Shown here piece by piece: positions 35,989-47,744 of a DNA stretch of 64,000 nucleotides. The position numbers were made by a program, and so were the translations under genes. This stretch comes from Lytechinus pictus (taxonomy: Eukaryota): contig NC_087258.1 in the NCBI RefSeq assembly GCF_037042905.1, forward strand, positions 25,854,001-25,918,000. Reading direction: 5' to 3'. The notes below the pieces were generated by a model. The model ran no database searches. It saw nothing but the letters and a program-made list of their open reading frames with translations, and was not told where the DNA came from. The first letter of the stretch is position 1; each line of letters starts with the position of its first letter.

Positions 35989-36888
35989 GTCTTGGTGGCG
36001 GGGTCGGATACATCTTCGTAGCCATCGATTGGATGTCGACATCTGTCGGGGGAGCTCTGGGTAGTCAACTACGCGTCATCTGCCTGTTCAACGTCGCCTT
36101 CCTGACGATCAGCCTGGCACTTACACTCTTCAGCATTCCCGAGGTGGCACACGAACAACAAACGAACACGTCAATGATATCTACGCCGGCTTCATACACT
36201 TCTTATGAATATAACGACGACGAACACTCACAACCATCGTCAATTCGAAATACATCCATACATGTTAACATAAATGTAGATGAAAGACAGCCTTTACTTG
36301 GCGAAAGAAACAACGTAGCTCAGTCTGATCTACCCCCACCTGAATGTCCCCTAAAAAGGAACGCACGATCTAGAAAAACGGTAAGGGATCACAGTATGCG
36401 TGGATATGATGTGGATCGGTTTAAGAAATCGGCTGCAAGAAATCCCGAGCCATCTCATTTAGAGTTCTTCCCCAATGTAGACAGCAATGACGCTCAAATA
36501 CACGAAAACTGCGCTGGAGGTCCCTCCAGGGTGTCAGCATCGAGCACAGATAACGGACTCAACGTCGATGTCAATTGCGACGTCCGTACGGATCGTTTTT
36601 CCATCGCCAGAAGTCCGGCTGCGATCTTACCCGTGACATCGACAACACACAGTAATGCATCCAGCCATGGAATTAGCGTTGTGGCTCAAAGCAGTATTGC
36701 TTCTGATGACGAGAGAATGTGGTCATCGGATGAGAAAGAATCAATTTCCGTCAAACATTTGATGATGTCAGCCATATTCATGCCATGTGATCTCCGAAAG
36801 TTGATGTTCTGCAATTACATCTCTTGGATAGCCTTCTTAACGATGCTTCTATACTTCACCGATTTCATGGGCTGTACTGTATATCTTG
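35989..36888 (+). CDS. SLC45-family transporter, coding exon 3
   Basis: ttcAG| then GLGGGVGY..IDW, a long central loop, LYFTDFMG, and donor |GTAAGG. Confidence 0.92.
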
Positions 36889-37255
36889 GTAAGGAAATCT
36901 ATGTGATTTGTTTAGATCAAATTCAGGTCACTACTTCGGTTCTATTCAACTCCATTTTTATTGTTTCCTTAACATGTATGTGTAATGTAAAAAAATAATT
37001 TGTCTGAGAAAATCGACTGTTTTTAAAATGTAGCCAGAAAAAAATCTCACTCCAAAAATATTGCTTTGAAAAATAACAATTTTATTATGAAGGTCCGACA
37101 CGTTTTTTTGGAAGCGTTACGCACCATTGGACCATGTTCTTAGGTGCTAGGTGACAAGGATATATCCTTTAGCATATAAAATGATCACCAGTCTTAATAT
37201 CTTACGAACAACTTTTTTATTAAACACCCACCATCAATCTGATTTCTATTTCCAG

Positions 37256-37366
37256 GTGATCCCAGCGCCTCTTCAAACTCCACAGCTTACTCCAGATATC
37301 AACATGGTGTACAGATGGGATGTTGGGGGCTGTGTGTATTCTCATTTTCCGCTGCTATTTCTAGCC
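37256..37366 (+). CDS. SLC45-family transporter, coding exon 4
   Basis: tccAG| then GDPSASSNSTAYSRYQHGVQMGCWGLCVFSFSAAISS, then |GTACGT. Confidence 0.92.
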
Positions 37367-37623
37367 GTACGTATTTATTTCATCCTCGTTCAAAATGATT
37401 TTTTTTTCTTTTATAAAAAAAAACAACTTACAAACCGATCTCATTATCAATGTTTCCATTATCATTTTATTATGTTGTTATTATGTTTTGGGGGCCATGA
37501 TATGTACCTTGATATATTCTTTATTCTTTTTTTATTAATTACGAAATGATCTCATTATTATAAGTTTTTCCAACATTCCTGAATATAAACTTTTATTTCA
37601 AGGATAATTTTCGTCACAATTAC

Positions 37624-37673
<50 letters not shown>

Positions 37674-37902
37674 ATACATTTATAAATCATTGTTATCATC
37701 ATCACAATCATCACCTTTGTCATCATCATATTCATCATCACCATCAACATCATCATGATCGTCGTCGTCATCACCATCATCATCATCATCCTGCACTTTA
37801 GAAAAAAAACATACATTCGTTACCTTAATATACGTCAAATATTAAAAAGCTTTTCAACGTTTTTAATTTTTTGTTTGTTTACATTCCCCTAACAATCTAC
37901 AG

Positions 37903-38111
37903 TTGTGCTCAAATTTCTCGAAAAACGCTGGAGCCTGCGAACAATTTACGTGTTTGGTCAACTCATTTACGCCGTCGGTATTGGGTCGATGTTCCTGACA
38001 ATCAGTTACCCATTCGTGACCATCTCTCTATGCGTGACGTTCGGAATCAAGTTAGCTGTAATCACAAGGATACCAGAATGTATCATCGCAGCCTATCATC
38101 GCTCTGATAAG
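37903..38111 (+). CDS. SLC45-family transporter, coding exon 5
   Basis: tacAG| then LVLKFLEKRWSLRTIY...AAYHRSDK, then |GTACAG. Phases are consistent. Confidence 0.9.
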
Positions 38112-38704
38112 GTACAGTTTTTAACACTAATTTCATTTTCAAAGGAAGAAAGGCTGCGTAGAGATTTAAAAATTAAGTGGAAAATGCTTTTTAACTCGAT
38201 CTGCGTCTTCATCATGTTCATTTTTGACGTTGAGTTTTCAGCACTGATCTGCCAGAAGTTTACTAACAGTGTTGCCCCGAGAACAATTACCAGTGGTCAC
38301 TGAAAAGTTTATCTTTTAGGGCGGGGGATGTTGAGATGAAGGTGGAGAGATGGCTGACCGTACAAAAACGAAATCAGATGATAACGTGTAGTTTTGTTGG
38401 TTTATTGAAGGGGGAGGGGGTGGGTTGTACTCCCAACGTTACTCCGCATTCCGCTACCCCGTACTCAAGTATTCGTCAGTTTTCATCCTCTTCAAGGCAA
38501 CAAAGATCCTCTTCATATTTTATTGCCCTAAAACCGAAGTACACAAACAAATCAAATGAATTTTATTTCTCCCCAATATCATGTTTATCATTTTCAATTC
38601 GAGTCAATCAAGGCAAGTCAACTGATTTAATTTTGCCCTTTTACCAGTCTTGTGTTTCTTATTCAATTGATTTCACAGGTTTATACTGTTATTCTTTTTT
38701 TCAG

Positions 38705-38917
38705 TTTAAAAATCCTGATGGTGGCTTGGTTCGCAGTACGTCGGGTGATCTGGCTGGTCTGGGAAGTCAGGTCCTATTCGCGCAAATCACGGTCTCCACG
38801 CTGCTCGGCCCCATCATCCATTCGACCGGTACTCGACTCGCCCTCGTCGTCTTTGCTTCATCTACAGCCTTTATTTCGTCTATCCTCTCAGCTTGTTTTT
38901 TAAGTTACGAGTTATGA
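38705..38917 (+). CDS. SLC45-family transporter, coding exon 6 (stop)
   Basis: tttcAG| then FKNPDGGLVRSTSGD...AQITVSTLLGP...YEL*. The six exons sum to 1965 nt, giving 654 aa plus stop. Confidence 0.9.
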   Translation, partial: FKNPDGGLVRSTSGDLAGLGSQVLFAQITVSTLLGPIIHSTGTRLALVVFASSTAFISSILSACFLSYEL

Positions 38918-39137
38918 TTCTCGAACAGTGTTTTGGTGGAGAGAGCTAGACATTTTCAGCATAGCTGTGAAGATATAGTTATTGCATTTTAAACATTTTA
39001 CTCGAGTCGCCGTTAATCATCAAAATAAAAGAAATAATCACTATCGGTGAATATAATGGGACAAAGTCATTTTTGTCGGTTTGGACAAAGTAAGAGATTG
39101 TGTGAATTCACTTTATTTTACTTTATTGGAATAATAA

Positions 39138-40157
39138 TGAATGAATGAATGAATGAATCTTTATTTCGTTTCAATTCCGATATCAAACAACAACAATAAC
39201 AACAGTAAATTATTTCGATACAAGTAAATAGGAAAGAACAAAAGTAAAATAATTACAGGATAATATACATAATACATGCACTGCTTTTTATGGAAATGAA
39301 ACGTGGTGACCTACTAAGAAGCTTAGCTTGTGGGCCATAGGCCACCAGAATGTTAAAAACTTACATTAGCAATCATTTAAAACATCATAGAACAAGCAAA
39401 CAAGAAATTGGAGTAAATAACCAAAGTACAGATATACATATTTACAAAAGATACACTAAAAGTAACAAAAAAGTGAAATGCAAACATTCTATAAGACCTA
39501 GAGTATAAAAATCTGAAATTCGAAAAGAAGAAAGAAAAGAGGAAAAAATAAAGAAAATACGCAGAGCTCTATTTTTGCATAGATAATTGTGGGAAGAATA
39601 CAATTTATAAAGTTAGACGAGATATAACAAGCAGGCATTCGTTTACTGATCTAAATATTTCTTCAGTAAATCTGTCTTTAACTTGTTTCTAAAAACACTA
39701 AGGCTAACTGATTGCTTCAATGAAGAAGGAAGGGAGTTCCATAATTTTGGCCCTGAATAAACAAATGTATATTAGCCGAAAACTAGCTTTGACCAATGGC
39801 AAGTGGAGAAAAGAAACTTGTCTTGTAAAGTAAGAATGGATTTGGTAATTTCTAACACATAATGAATCAAGGGCAAGTGGAAGTTCTCGTTTATTCAAAT
39901 GATACATAATGCAACCGAGGTTGAGATCAAATATGTCATGTAAATTTTAGGAACTTGTTTTCATAAAACAAAATATTAGTGTGAGATCGTGAACTTACTC
40001 CACAAACTAGTCTAATTACCCTTTTCTGGACTTTCAATAGCCCATCTAAATGAACTTTAGCAGCGTTACCCCAGGCAAGGATGCAATAATTCAAGTAAGG
40101 CAAAATGAGAGTTGAATACAACATGCATAAAATATTTTTTGGGAATATACTCTTCAA
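39138..40157 (-). mobile_element. 5'-truncated, frameshifted CR1/L2-group LINE related to the 1-2786 element
   Basis: LYSTLILPYLNYCILAWG matches ORF2 of the first LINE. 3' hairpin at 39304-39347 and an (ATTC)n tail. Confidence 0.88.
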
Positions 40158-40469
40158 TGAATTAATGACTCGTATGGTTGTCTAAATTATTATTTCAGTA
40201 TGTTGATGTCGTATATTGCGCATGCTGTGTTGTTTTCTTTTAAATGAAGGGCGGAGGACCGGAGAAAGAGAAGTAGGAGAAAGAGAGAGAGAGAGAGTTA
40301 GGGAAAGAAAAAAAAACAATACCATAACAACAACAACACATTTAGAAAACAGTGCACACGCCGATCGACAATATGAGCATTGACCTTGCGCATTAACGTC
40401 CTCGCGCCGTCATCTTCGAGGGTGAAGCCATTTGCCTGGCATGCGTTGACGACCTTCAGCTGGTGCATC

Positions 40470-40810
40470 TATAAAGTGTTTTCGCATTTACTTCGGAGCC
40501 GCTCTCGACAACGCACCATTTCCTTTGAAAAGGCAAGTCAACTCACAATTGATAGTTGAGGATTTGTCGAAAGTTGGTGGACCGGCGCAGCAGATCATCC
40601 GAAGATTTGCACCGGACGAACAATTGCAATATTTGGTTTTCCAGAGCAGGGGCGGATTCAGGATTTTCCAAAAGAAAGAGACCACGCTGCTTTCCCGGTG
40701 CACCAACTTTCGACAAAAGACTCTCAGCTCTCCATTGTGATTTAACTTGCATTTTCAAAGGAATTTGTGCGTTGTAGAGAGCGGCTCCGAAGGTAATGCA
40801 AAAACTATCT
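40470..40810. mobile_element. Palindromic MITE
   Basis: Long inverted arms TTCGGAGCCGCTCTCGACAACGCAC...TTCCTTTGAAAA / TTTTCAAAGGAA...GTGCGTTGTAGAGAGCGGCTCCGAA. Confidence 0.8.
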
Positions 40811-43800
40811 ATTCTCTGTGGAGGACGATTCGAAATTGTGACGTCATATGCATAACGTCTACTGTCAGATTATGGTCGGGTCAGAAAATTCAAGATCATA
40901 GATTAGAGAACTCTATTATCATGAAAGTGGATTTATTGATTACCTTTTAATATCGAAATGTATAACACTTGCAGAATGATACAAAATCCCCCTACAAAGC
41001 CGAATTTCGTGCGCTAAAATCGATTTTGAAATTGAATAGTTTTTCCCCCTAATAATTTTGTCATCGCTAACAGTTTTATTGCTATTGTTTTATGCCAAAG
41101 GGAAAAGGAGTATGTTACACAATCTCTATTTCCTGAAATAAACGTTCTTACGAGAATCTTTATAAGAGCATAGTTCCCATGAAAAAAATGAAATCAATCA
41201 TCAAAATATTGCAAGTATGAGACCCGACAGTTTGTCAGGGACGATCATTGACACATATTGACAGTTGAAAGCCTTTAGAAACAACAAATATGAGGTGCGT
41301 TGAGTTCTATATATTATTTCATTGTAAAGTGTACCACTAAAATGTGCCAGGTTATGGTGAATTTGGTTGTCATGGTTACCGTCTTCATATAGAATATATA
41401 TTTGTTGTCAGTATCTCTCTTGACAACTTTATCAAAATTTATTGAGGCATAATTATAATCAAATATGACTTCAAACATTACCCATACAAGCGTTCTTTCA
41501 TATCACATAAAAATAATTTTAACATACAATCTGTATCATTGCTATAATGCTCATAAAAATACATTATTATACTTAATATTTACATAGTCTTATGTAAAAT
41601 TATGTAAAAAACACATGGCTGTAGTCACCATGGTTAACATGGTTAGTGTGATGTATTATTTTTCTTTAAATTTTACCGATTGAGAATTCTTTCAGAAGTG
41701 ATCACTGATAATAAGAAAGAAATTATTATGTACTTCTTGAACGCACAGTGGACCGTCATGGCACTTGGCCAAGCAAAAGTTTTAAGTACTTTCTTCTCCC
41801 TAAAAATTACGAACGTGCAATACAAATATATTTGGTCGTTTTGTAATGTAACATTTCATAAGACTCTTTGTAGAAAGATTTAAATGGAATAAAACTCAAG
41901 AAATCAAATGCAACTTGATTTACGGTTACAGCCCGATAGACCGCGGGTCCGATAGACCGCGGGTCCGATAGTCCGCGGGTCCGATAGTCCGCGGGTCCGA
42001 TAGACCGCGGGTCCGATAGACCGCGGGTCCGATAGACCGCGGGTCCGATAGTCCGCGGTGTGTGTAAAATTATGATCAGGATATAGTGAGATCCAATGCC
42101 ATCAAGAGGTCAAAAGGCCAATGATACGAGTCCATGGGGTTCTATAACGATGACCCTAAGGACAATCGCCCCCTGACATCTACTTCAAGGAAAATATTAT
42201 CCCCATATTTTTATCGTCAGGGACTGTTACCCCCCCCCCCCCCACCGGAAATTTACCCTCTATAGACGCCATACGGAGCCTCTAAAATGCCATCGACTTG
42301 ACGACATGGCGAGATACTTTATCTTGCCATGTCGACTAAATAAGCTTATTATGTCCGCATGGCGCGATACGTTATTCTGCCACTTATAAAAAGTAATATG
42401 TCAACATGGCGAGATATTTTTATTACATTTTTATTACAAAAATACAAGGTTGTGGTAGATTTTGACATAATATTTGGAAAATAATATTATATTTCATCCT
42501 AATCCCTTTCCTTTTCTCTCTATTTTTTCTAAGTCTTGATTCTCTCTCTCTTTTTTTTTTTTTTTTTGGGGGGGGGGGGCAAAACGCCCATGTCCTAACA
42601 GTCATTTCCTAGCTTTACTTTATAAGCAATATAAATGTGTAATAATCTTTTAAGCCCTATGTTATCTAAAAATGAAATTTCATGTATTTTGTCCTGAAAA
42701 TTGAACATTTTGGGCAATGTTTGTGAACCTGAACAGGACGCGTATGTAACTAGATAATTACCACGAGCGCGAAGCGCGAGCAGAAATGTTAAATATTCGT
42801 TCTGGCCTGGTCAAATAGGGTCCTGTTAAGGATGTTTTGCAGTTAGCCATTAAGACGATACATATTTTAACGATTAAATAATGCAAGCGCGAAGCGCGAG
42901 CTGAACATTTTTTGATATTCCAACCTAAAAAGATGAGATTTCAAATCCCCCAATGGGACATTCGATTCATGTTTGTCAATCATGAAAAAGGATGGGTAAT
43001 TTTTGGTATCTTCCTACAATAATAATGCGAGCGCAAAGCACGAGCAGAAAATTTTTGATATTCTGATTCCATACTGGATAATTTTAGCACGTTTTGAATA
43101 AGATCAAGCTTTGTATCTCAAAAACATGCGCGCGCGTGTTTTAGAGTTAGACAGAATCCTGGCAATCTGAATACATTTCATTTTCCATCATAAAAATCAA
43201 TAATGAAAGCGCAGAGCCCGAGCTGAAAATAATATTTGAAATTCCGATATGAAAAGGGTCAATTTAAGCACTGTTTACAGCACTGTGTATATAGGGAAAT
43301 TTGATAGCACTATATAAATAATGTGAACGCGAAGCGCGAGCTGATATTTTATTATTTATTTGACCTAGGATCGAGACATTTTAGGCCTAAGGACATTTTG
43401 TCATCATGAATGGTGACTATCTTCTATTTCTTTTCCTAAAACTTGTTGATATTCATTTCTGAAAAAGGGACAATTATGAATTCATACAAATTTTATTTCA
43501 TATTTATTAATCTGTTAAGCCTAATGAGTGTGTGAAATTTGTTGACAGTTCATGAGGCCTGAAAACTAGATATTTTAAGTATTTTTGTAATCATGAATAG
43601 GATTCATTGATTGATATATTTTTAGCAAATAATGCGAGCGCAAATTGCGATCCGGATTTTTTTTTTAAATAGAATTAATATATAGGTATACATAACTCAC
43701 CAATCAAAATGCGAGCGCACAGCGCTAGCTCATAGGCCTTTATTATTTTTTTTTTACAATCGAGACACCTGAAAAGGTATATTTAGAGAATCTTATATGA

Positions 43801-45206
43801 ACTACAAAAAGACAATAGGTAGGCCTACTTGGCAAATAGTGCGAGCGCACAAAATGTTGATTCAAACCATAAAACGGACATTTTCCAGAGCACTTAAAAA
43901 CATAAATTGGTAAATAAAACAAAATAATGAAAGATCGATGTCCGAGCTGAATTATGTTTTGTATATTGATATCAAAACTTGATATTTTAAACTACATATC
44001 AGCCTATTGAGCAAGATATGTATCTCATCGAACAGGCAATGCAAGCGCGATGCGCGGGCGAAACTTTAATATAGTGACATTAAATATTTAAAAAAAATTG
44101 TTTTCCAAGTCTTCTCCTGACCTTATTTTATTCACTCGTCTTCCTCCTTTTATGTTTCGTCTTCTTTTTTCCCCTTTCTTTCCCCCTTTTTTTCTTTCCC
44201 CGTTTTTCACAATTTATTTGCTCTGTCAATAGGGGGGAGTGTGCCCTCGGGCGGCCTCGATCCGCCTATGTTAGTAGTTGTTATGATGAACACGATGCAT
44301 ATCTATTAAGAAATGAATGCGACCGCGAAGCGCTAGATGAAAACTTTTATAATGATGAAATGAAAAATACATTTTCAGTTGTCAGGTTAGAATATCAAAT
44401 ATTTTCAGCTTGTGCTGCTCGTTCGCATAAAAAAACCCTGTAAGGTCGGGATGCGTATATGACTAAACAATTTATTGATGCCAGCGCGAAGCGCGAGCTC
44501 AATTTTGTATATACTGACTTTAATAGGAAGGACTAAGGTATAGTTCCTATTCTAATTGCTTGTCCTTTTTCTCTTCCTTTTTTCTGTTTCATACCCCCTT
44601 TTTTGCGTCACCATGGGGGGGGGGGGCAAAATCTTTGCCCCTTGGATCGGCCTATGTATGTTGACTTGAAAACCACTAACACTTACATGTGGGATTGAAG
44701 CAGAGGATGCATAACTCATTAATCAAATATTGCGAGCGCGTAGCGCGAGCTGAATTTGATAATAACCCTTTTTTGTTACCCTGAACAGGGTATCTATCTC
44801 GCTAAACAGACTTAAAACTCGAAAACATTGTTTTTTCTGTTATCGTAAAAACGGGATATTTTAATTCAGCCGCATTAATTTAAGTTTTTTGGGCAGGACA
44901 TATATTTTACTATAAACAGGCAATACGAGCAATGTTGCGCCCCCGGTCGAAAATGAATTTGCATGAAGCCCTCTAAGTTCAAGGTCAATTTGGCGCCCCC
45001 GGTTGAACATAAACTTGGCGGCCCCATGTGAAAAATAACTTTGCCCTCCCTCCCCCTCTCTAAAACATGTATTTGTCGCATTATGGTCAAAATTCAAATT
45101 AGCGCTCCCCTAGTTCGAACATCAATTCGGTGCCCCGCTAGATCGAACATCAATTCGGCGCCCCATAGTTCGAACGTCATTTTGGCGCCATCAAATCGAC
45201 GTCCAG

Positions 45207-45363
45207 GGGAGCGTTTCATGAAAGGACTTGTCGGACGTTTTATCCGACAAGTCCCCTTTTATCCGACAGTTACCATAGAAACAGTGACTCTCAGCCAATC
45301 AAAATTAAGGAAAGATATCAGATCTGACAACTTGTCGGACAAAAATGTTGATGAAACGCTCCC
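45207..45363. mobile_element. Harbinger-like MITE nested in foldback copy 1
   Basis: CAG|GGGAGCGTTTCAT ... ATGAAACGCTCCC|CAG (3-bp TSD). Confidence 0.85.
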
Positions 45364-45384
45364 CAGGTCAACATCTCCCTCTTC

Positions 45385-45537
45385 NNNNNNNNNNNNNNNN
45401 NNNNNNNNNNNNNNNNNNNNNNNNNNNNNNNNNNNNNNNNNNNNNNNNNNNNNNNNNNNNNNNNNNNNNNNNNNNNNNNNNNNNNNNNNNNNNNNNNNNN
45501 NNNNNNNNNNNNNNNNNNNNNNNNNNNNNNNNNNNNN
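45385..45537. other. Assembly gap (153 N)
   Basis: Run of N. Confidence 1.
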
Positions 45538-46225
45538 CCCCTTTTCTTCTCCTTTTCTGTCTTTTCTTTTCCTCTTTTTAATCTCTCTTTTCTCGTTTTC
45601 CTCTCTTCCCCCCTTACTCTCTCTTTTTTTCTTCTCTTTTCCTCTCTTCCTCTCTCTCTCTCTTCTCTTATCTTTCTTCCCATCTTCCTCTCTCTTTAAA
45701 TATTATTCTCTTCCTTCCTCTTTTTTTTTCTTCTTTTCCCCCTTTTCGTTATTCTTTTCTTTTCTTTCTTTTCCCTCTTCCACTTTTTTCTCTTTTCCCC
45801 TTTACTTCTCCCTTTCTTTTTCTTTCCTTTCCCCCTTTTTTCTCTTTTAATTTTTTTTCTTCTCTCCCTCTTTCTTCTCTTCTTTTCCCCTCTTCCTCTC
45901 TCTCTCTCTCTCTTTTTTCTTATCTTTCTTCCCATCTTCCTCTATTTAAATATTCTTCTCTTCCTTCCTCTTTTTTTTTCTTCTTTTTCCTCCTTTTCCT
46001 TTCTCCTTTCTTTTCTTCTCTTCTTTTCCCTCCTCTTTTTTCCTCTTCTTTCCCCTGTTTTTTATCCCTTTTTTTCTTGTCTTTCCTTTCCCCTTTTTCT
46101 TCTCTTCTTCTCTTACTTTCTCCTTCTTACTCTCTTTTCTATTCTCTTCTTTTCCCATCTTCCTCTCTCTTTTTTTATTCTCTCTCTTTTCCCCTCTTCC
46201 CCCCTCTTCCCCCCTCTTTTTTTGA
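45538..46225. repeat. Polypyrimidine low-complexity tract with ~250-bp internal duplication
   Basis: Almost pure C/T. TATCTTTCTTCCCATCTTCC...TTTAAATATT occurs near 45670 and 45920. Confidence 0.9.
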
Positions 46226-46855
46226 GCTGGGGGTGGGGGGGGGGGGGTGAGGCTGTTCCCCCTCGGCCCCCCATGGATCTGCACCTGATAGAACCCCATG
46301 GCCTCGTATCATTTGACCTTTGGACCTCTCGATGACATTTGATATATCTGATCATAATTTTACACACACTGCGGACTATCGGACCCGCGGTCTATCGGAC
46401 CCGCGGACTATCGGACCTGCGGTCTATAGGACCCGCGGTCTAACGGACCCGCGGTCTATCGGACCCGCGGTCTATCGGACCCGCGGTCTAACGGACCCGC
46501 GGTCTATCGGACCCGCGGTCTATCGGGATGTCCCCTGATTTACAACCAATCAGAAGCTCATATTTGTACCTATTTTGAAATTATAAAAAAAAAAATTGCG
46601 TTCAAATGCAACGGGCCGAAGATCTTACAAACAAAAAAACACAAACAAGAACTATTACTGAATATTATGTCTTGGCACATAAGTTCTTATAAATTATTCT
46701 AATCGTTTGTCCAGGCATTTGTTAGTTCTTAAGAATAATGTTAAAAAAAAACTTTCTCCTCTGCCAATATCAGATAGACAGCCTGTCTTCTACTGCTTGC
46801 AATACTTCACAGTATCCATGTTATCTTACGTATGATGCTGGGGGCTTGTAGCAAT

Positions 46856-47278
46856 GGTTTATTTCATATTCGTCTAATGCCAATTCGTCCAATTGCCAAC
46901 TCGTCTACTACCATTTGGTCCATCATCAGTTCGTCTACTCACCACATAGTCTACTTTCATTTTGTCTAATGCCATTCCGTCTAATAACCAGTTGGTCCAA
47001 TTGCCATTTGGTCCATATACCATTTGTTTAATAATTAAAGTAAAGTGTTAATTGTGCAAAATGAATGAAAAGAAAATGGGTATTAGACCAACTGGTTATT
47101 AGACGAAATGGTAATAGACGAAATGGAGACTAGACTAAGTGATGATTGGACCAAAATGGTTATTAGACCAAATGGTTGTTAGACGAAATGTTGGTGGACG
47201 GAATGGCATTAGACTAAATGAAGGTAGGTCATGTGGTGAGTGGACGAGTTGGTAGTGGACGAATTGGCAATTTACTCA
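46856..47278. mobile_element. Small foldback-type element of inverted ~16-17-bp tandem repeats
   Basis: Left half repeats CATT(T/C)GTC(T/C)A; right half repeats T(A/G)GAC(G/C)AAATGG. Confidence 0.75.
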
Positions 47279-47744
47279 TTTCAATGTGTGGATGAGAGTA
47301 GCTGGCCAAATACGTCGTCTCCTTGCACAAAGTACCATTCTCTATCGATCACATCATCAGCTGGCGAATATCCAACTTCTTCAATTTAAGCCCTGACTCC
47401 ATACGTTGGCAGAATGCTTAAACCCTCTGTGCCTGAATCAATGATTGGTGCGTACAGATTCTCATATCATTTCCGAAGTATTTACACTCGGGACTATATC
47501 TACCAGCTATTGCGGTTACTGCTTCCAACAGTTGTTAGCTTCTTGGAGGTTGTCCATCCTTCCATCAGAGTGTTCGAACCCCATGTATGTTAAAAAAATG
47601 TTGAAATCCACGGAGAGTTATGCTTAATTGAGGGATTACTTTTTCAAGGGTCCAAATTCCAGAATCGAATTCTCAAATAAATTCAACGTCACAGAAAAAA
47701 AAACACAGTAACAAAAGAAAGTGATGTCATTTGAAGCATTTACA

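Larger units (their letters stand above)
41924..46535. mobile_element. Foldback/TU-like non-autonomous composite transposon, copy 1
   Basis: TSD TGATTTAC at 41916-41923 and 46536-46543. Termini GGTTACAGCCCGATAG / CTATCGGGATGTCCCC. Inverted arrays of 17-bp CCGCGGGTCCGATAG(A/T) plus an inner inverted domain. Contains the N gap. Confidence 0.92.

Noticed and set aside
41930-42058. CRISPR-like array (also 46371-46527, 53150-53228, 60222-60362 and 27440-28100)
   Set aside because: Head-to-tail repeats with no unique spacers, no cas genes, and a eukaryotic context. The 17-bp arrays are transposon arms and 27440-28100 is a minisatellite.
45041-46367. Long F/S/L-rich and K/R/E-rich ORFs
   Set aside because: Artefacts of a polypyrimidine tract and an N gap.
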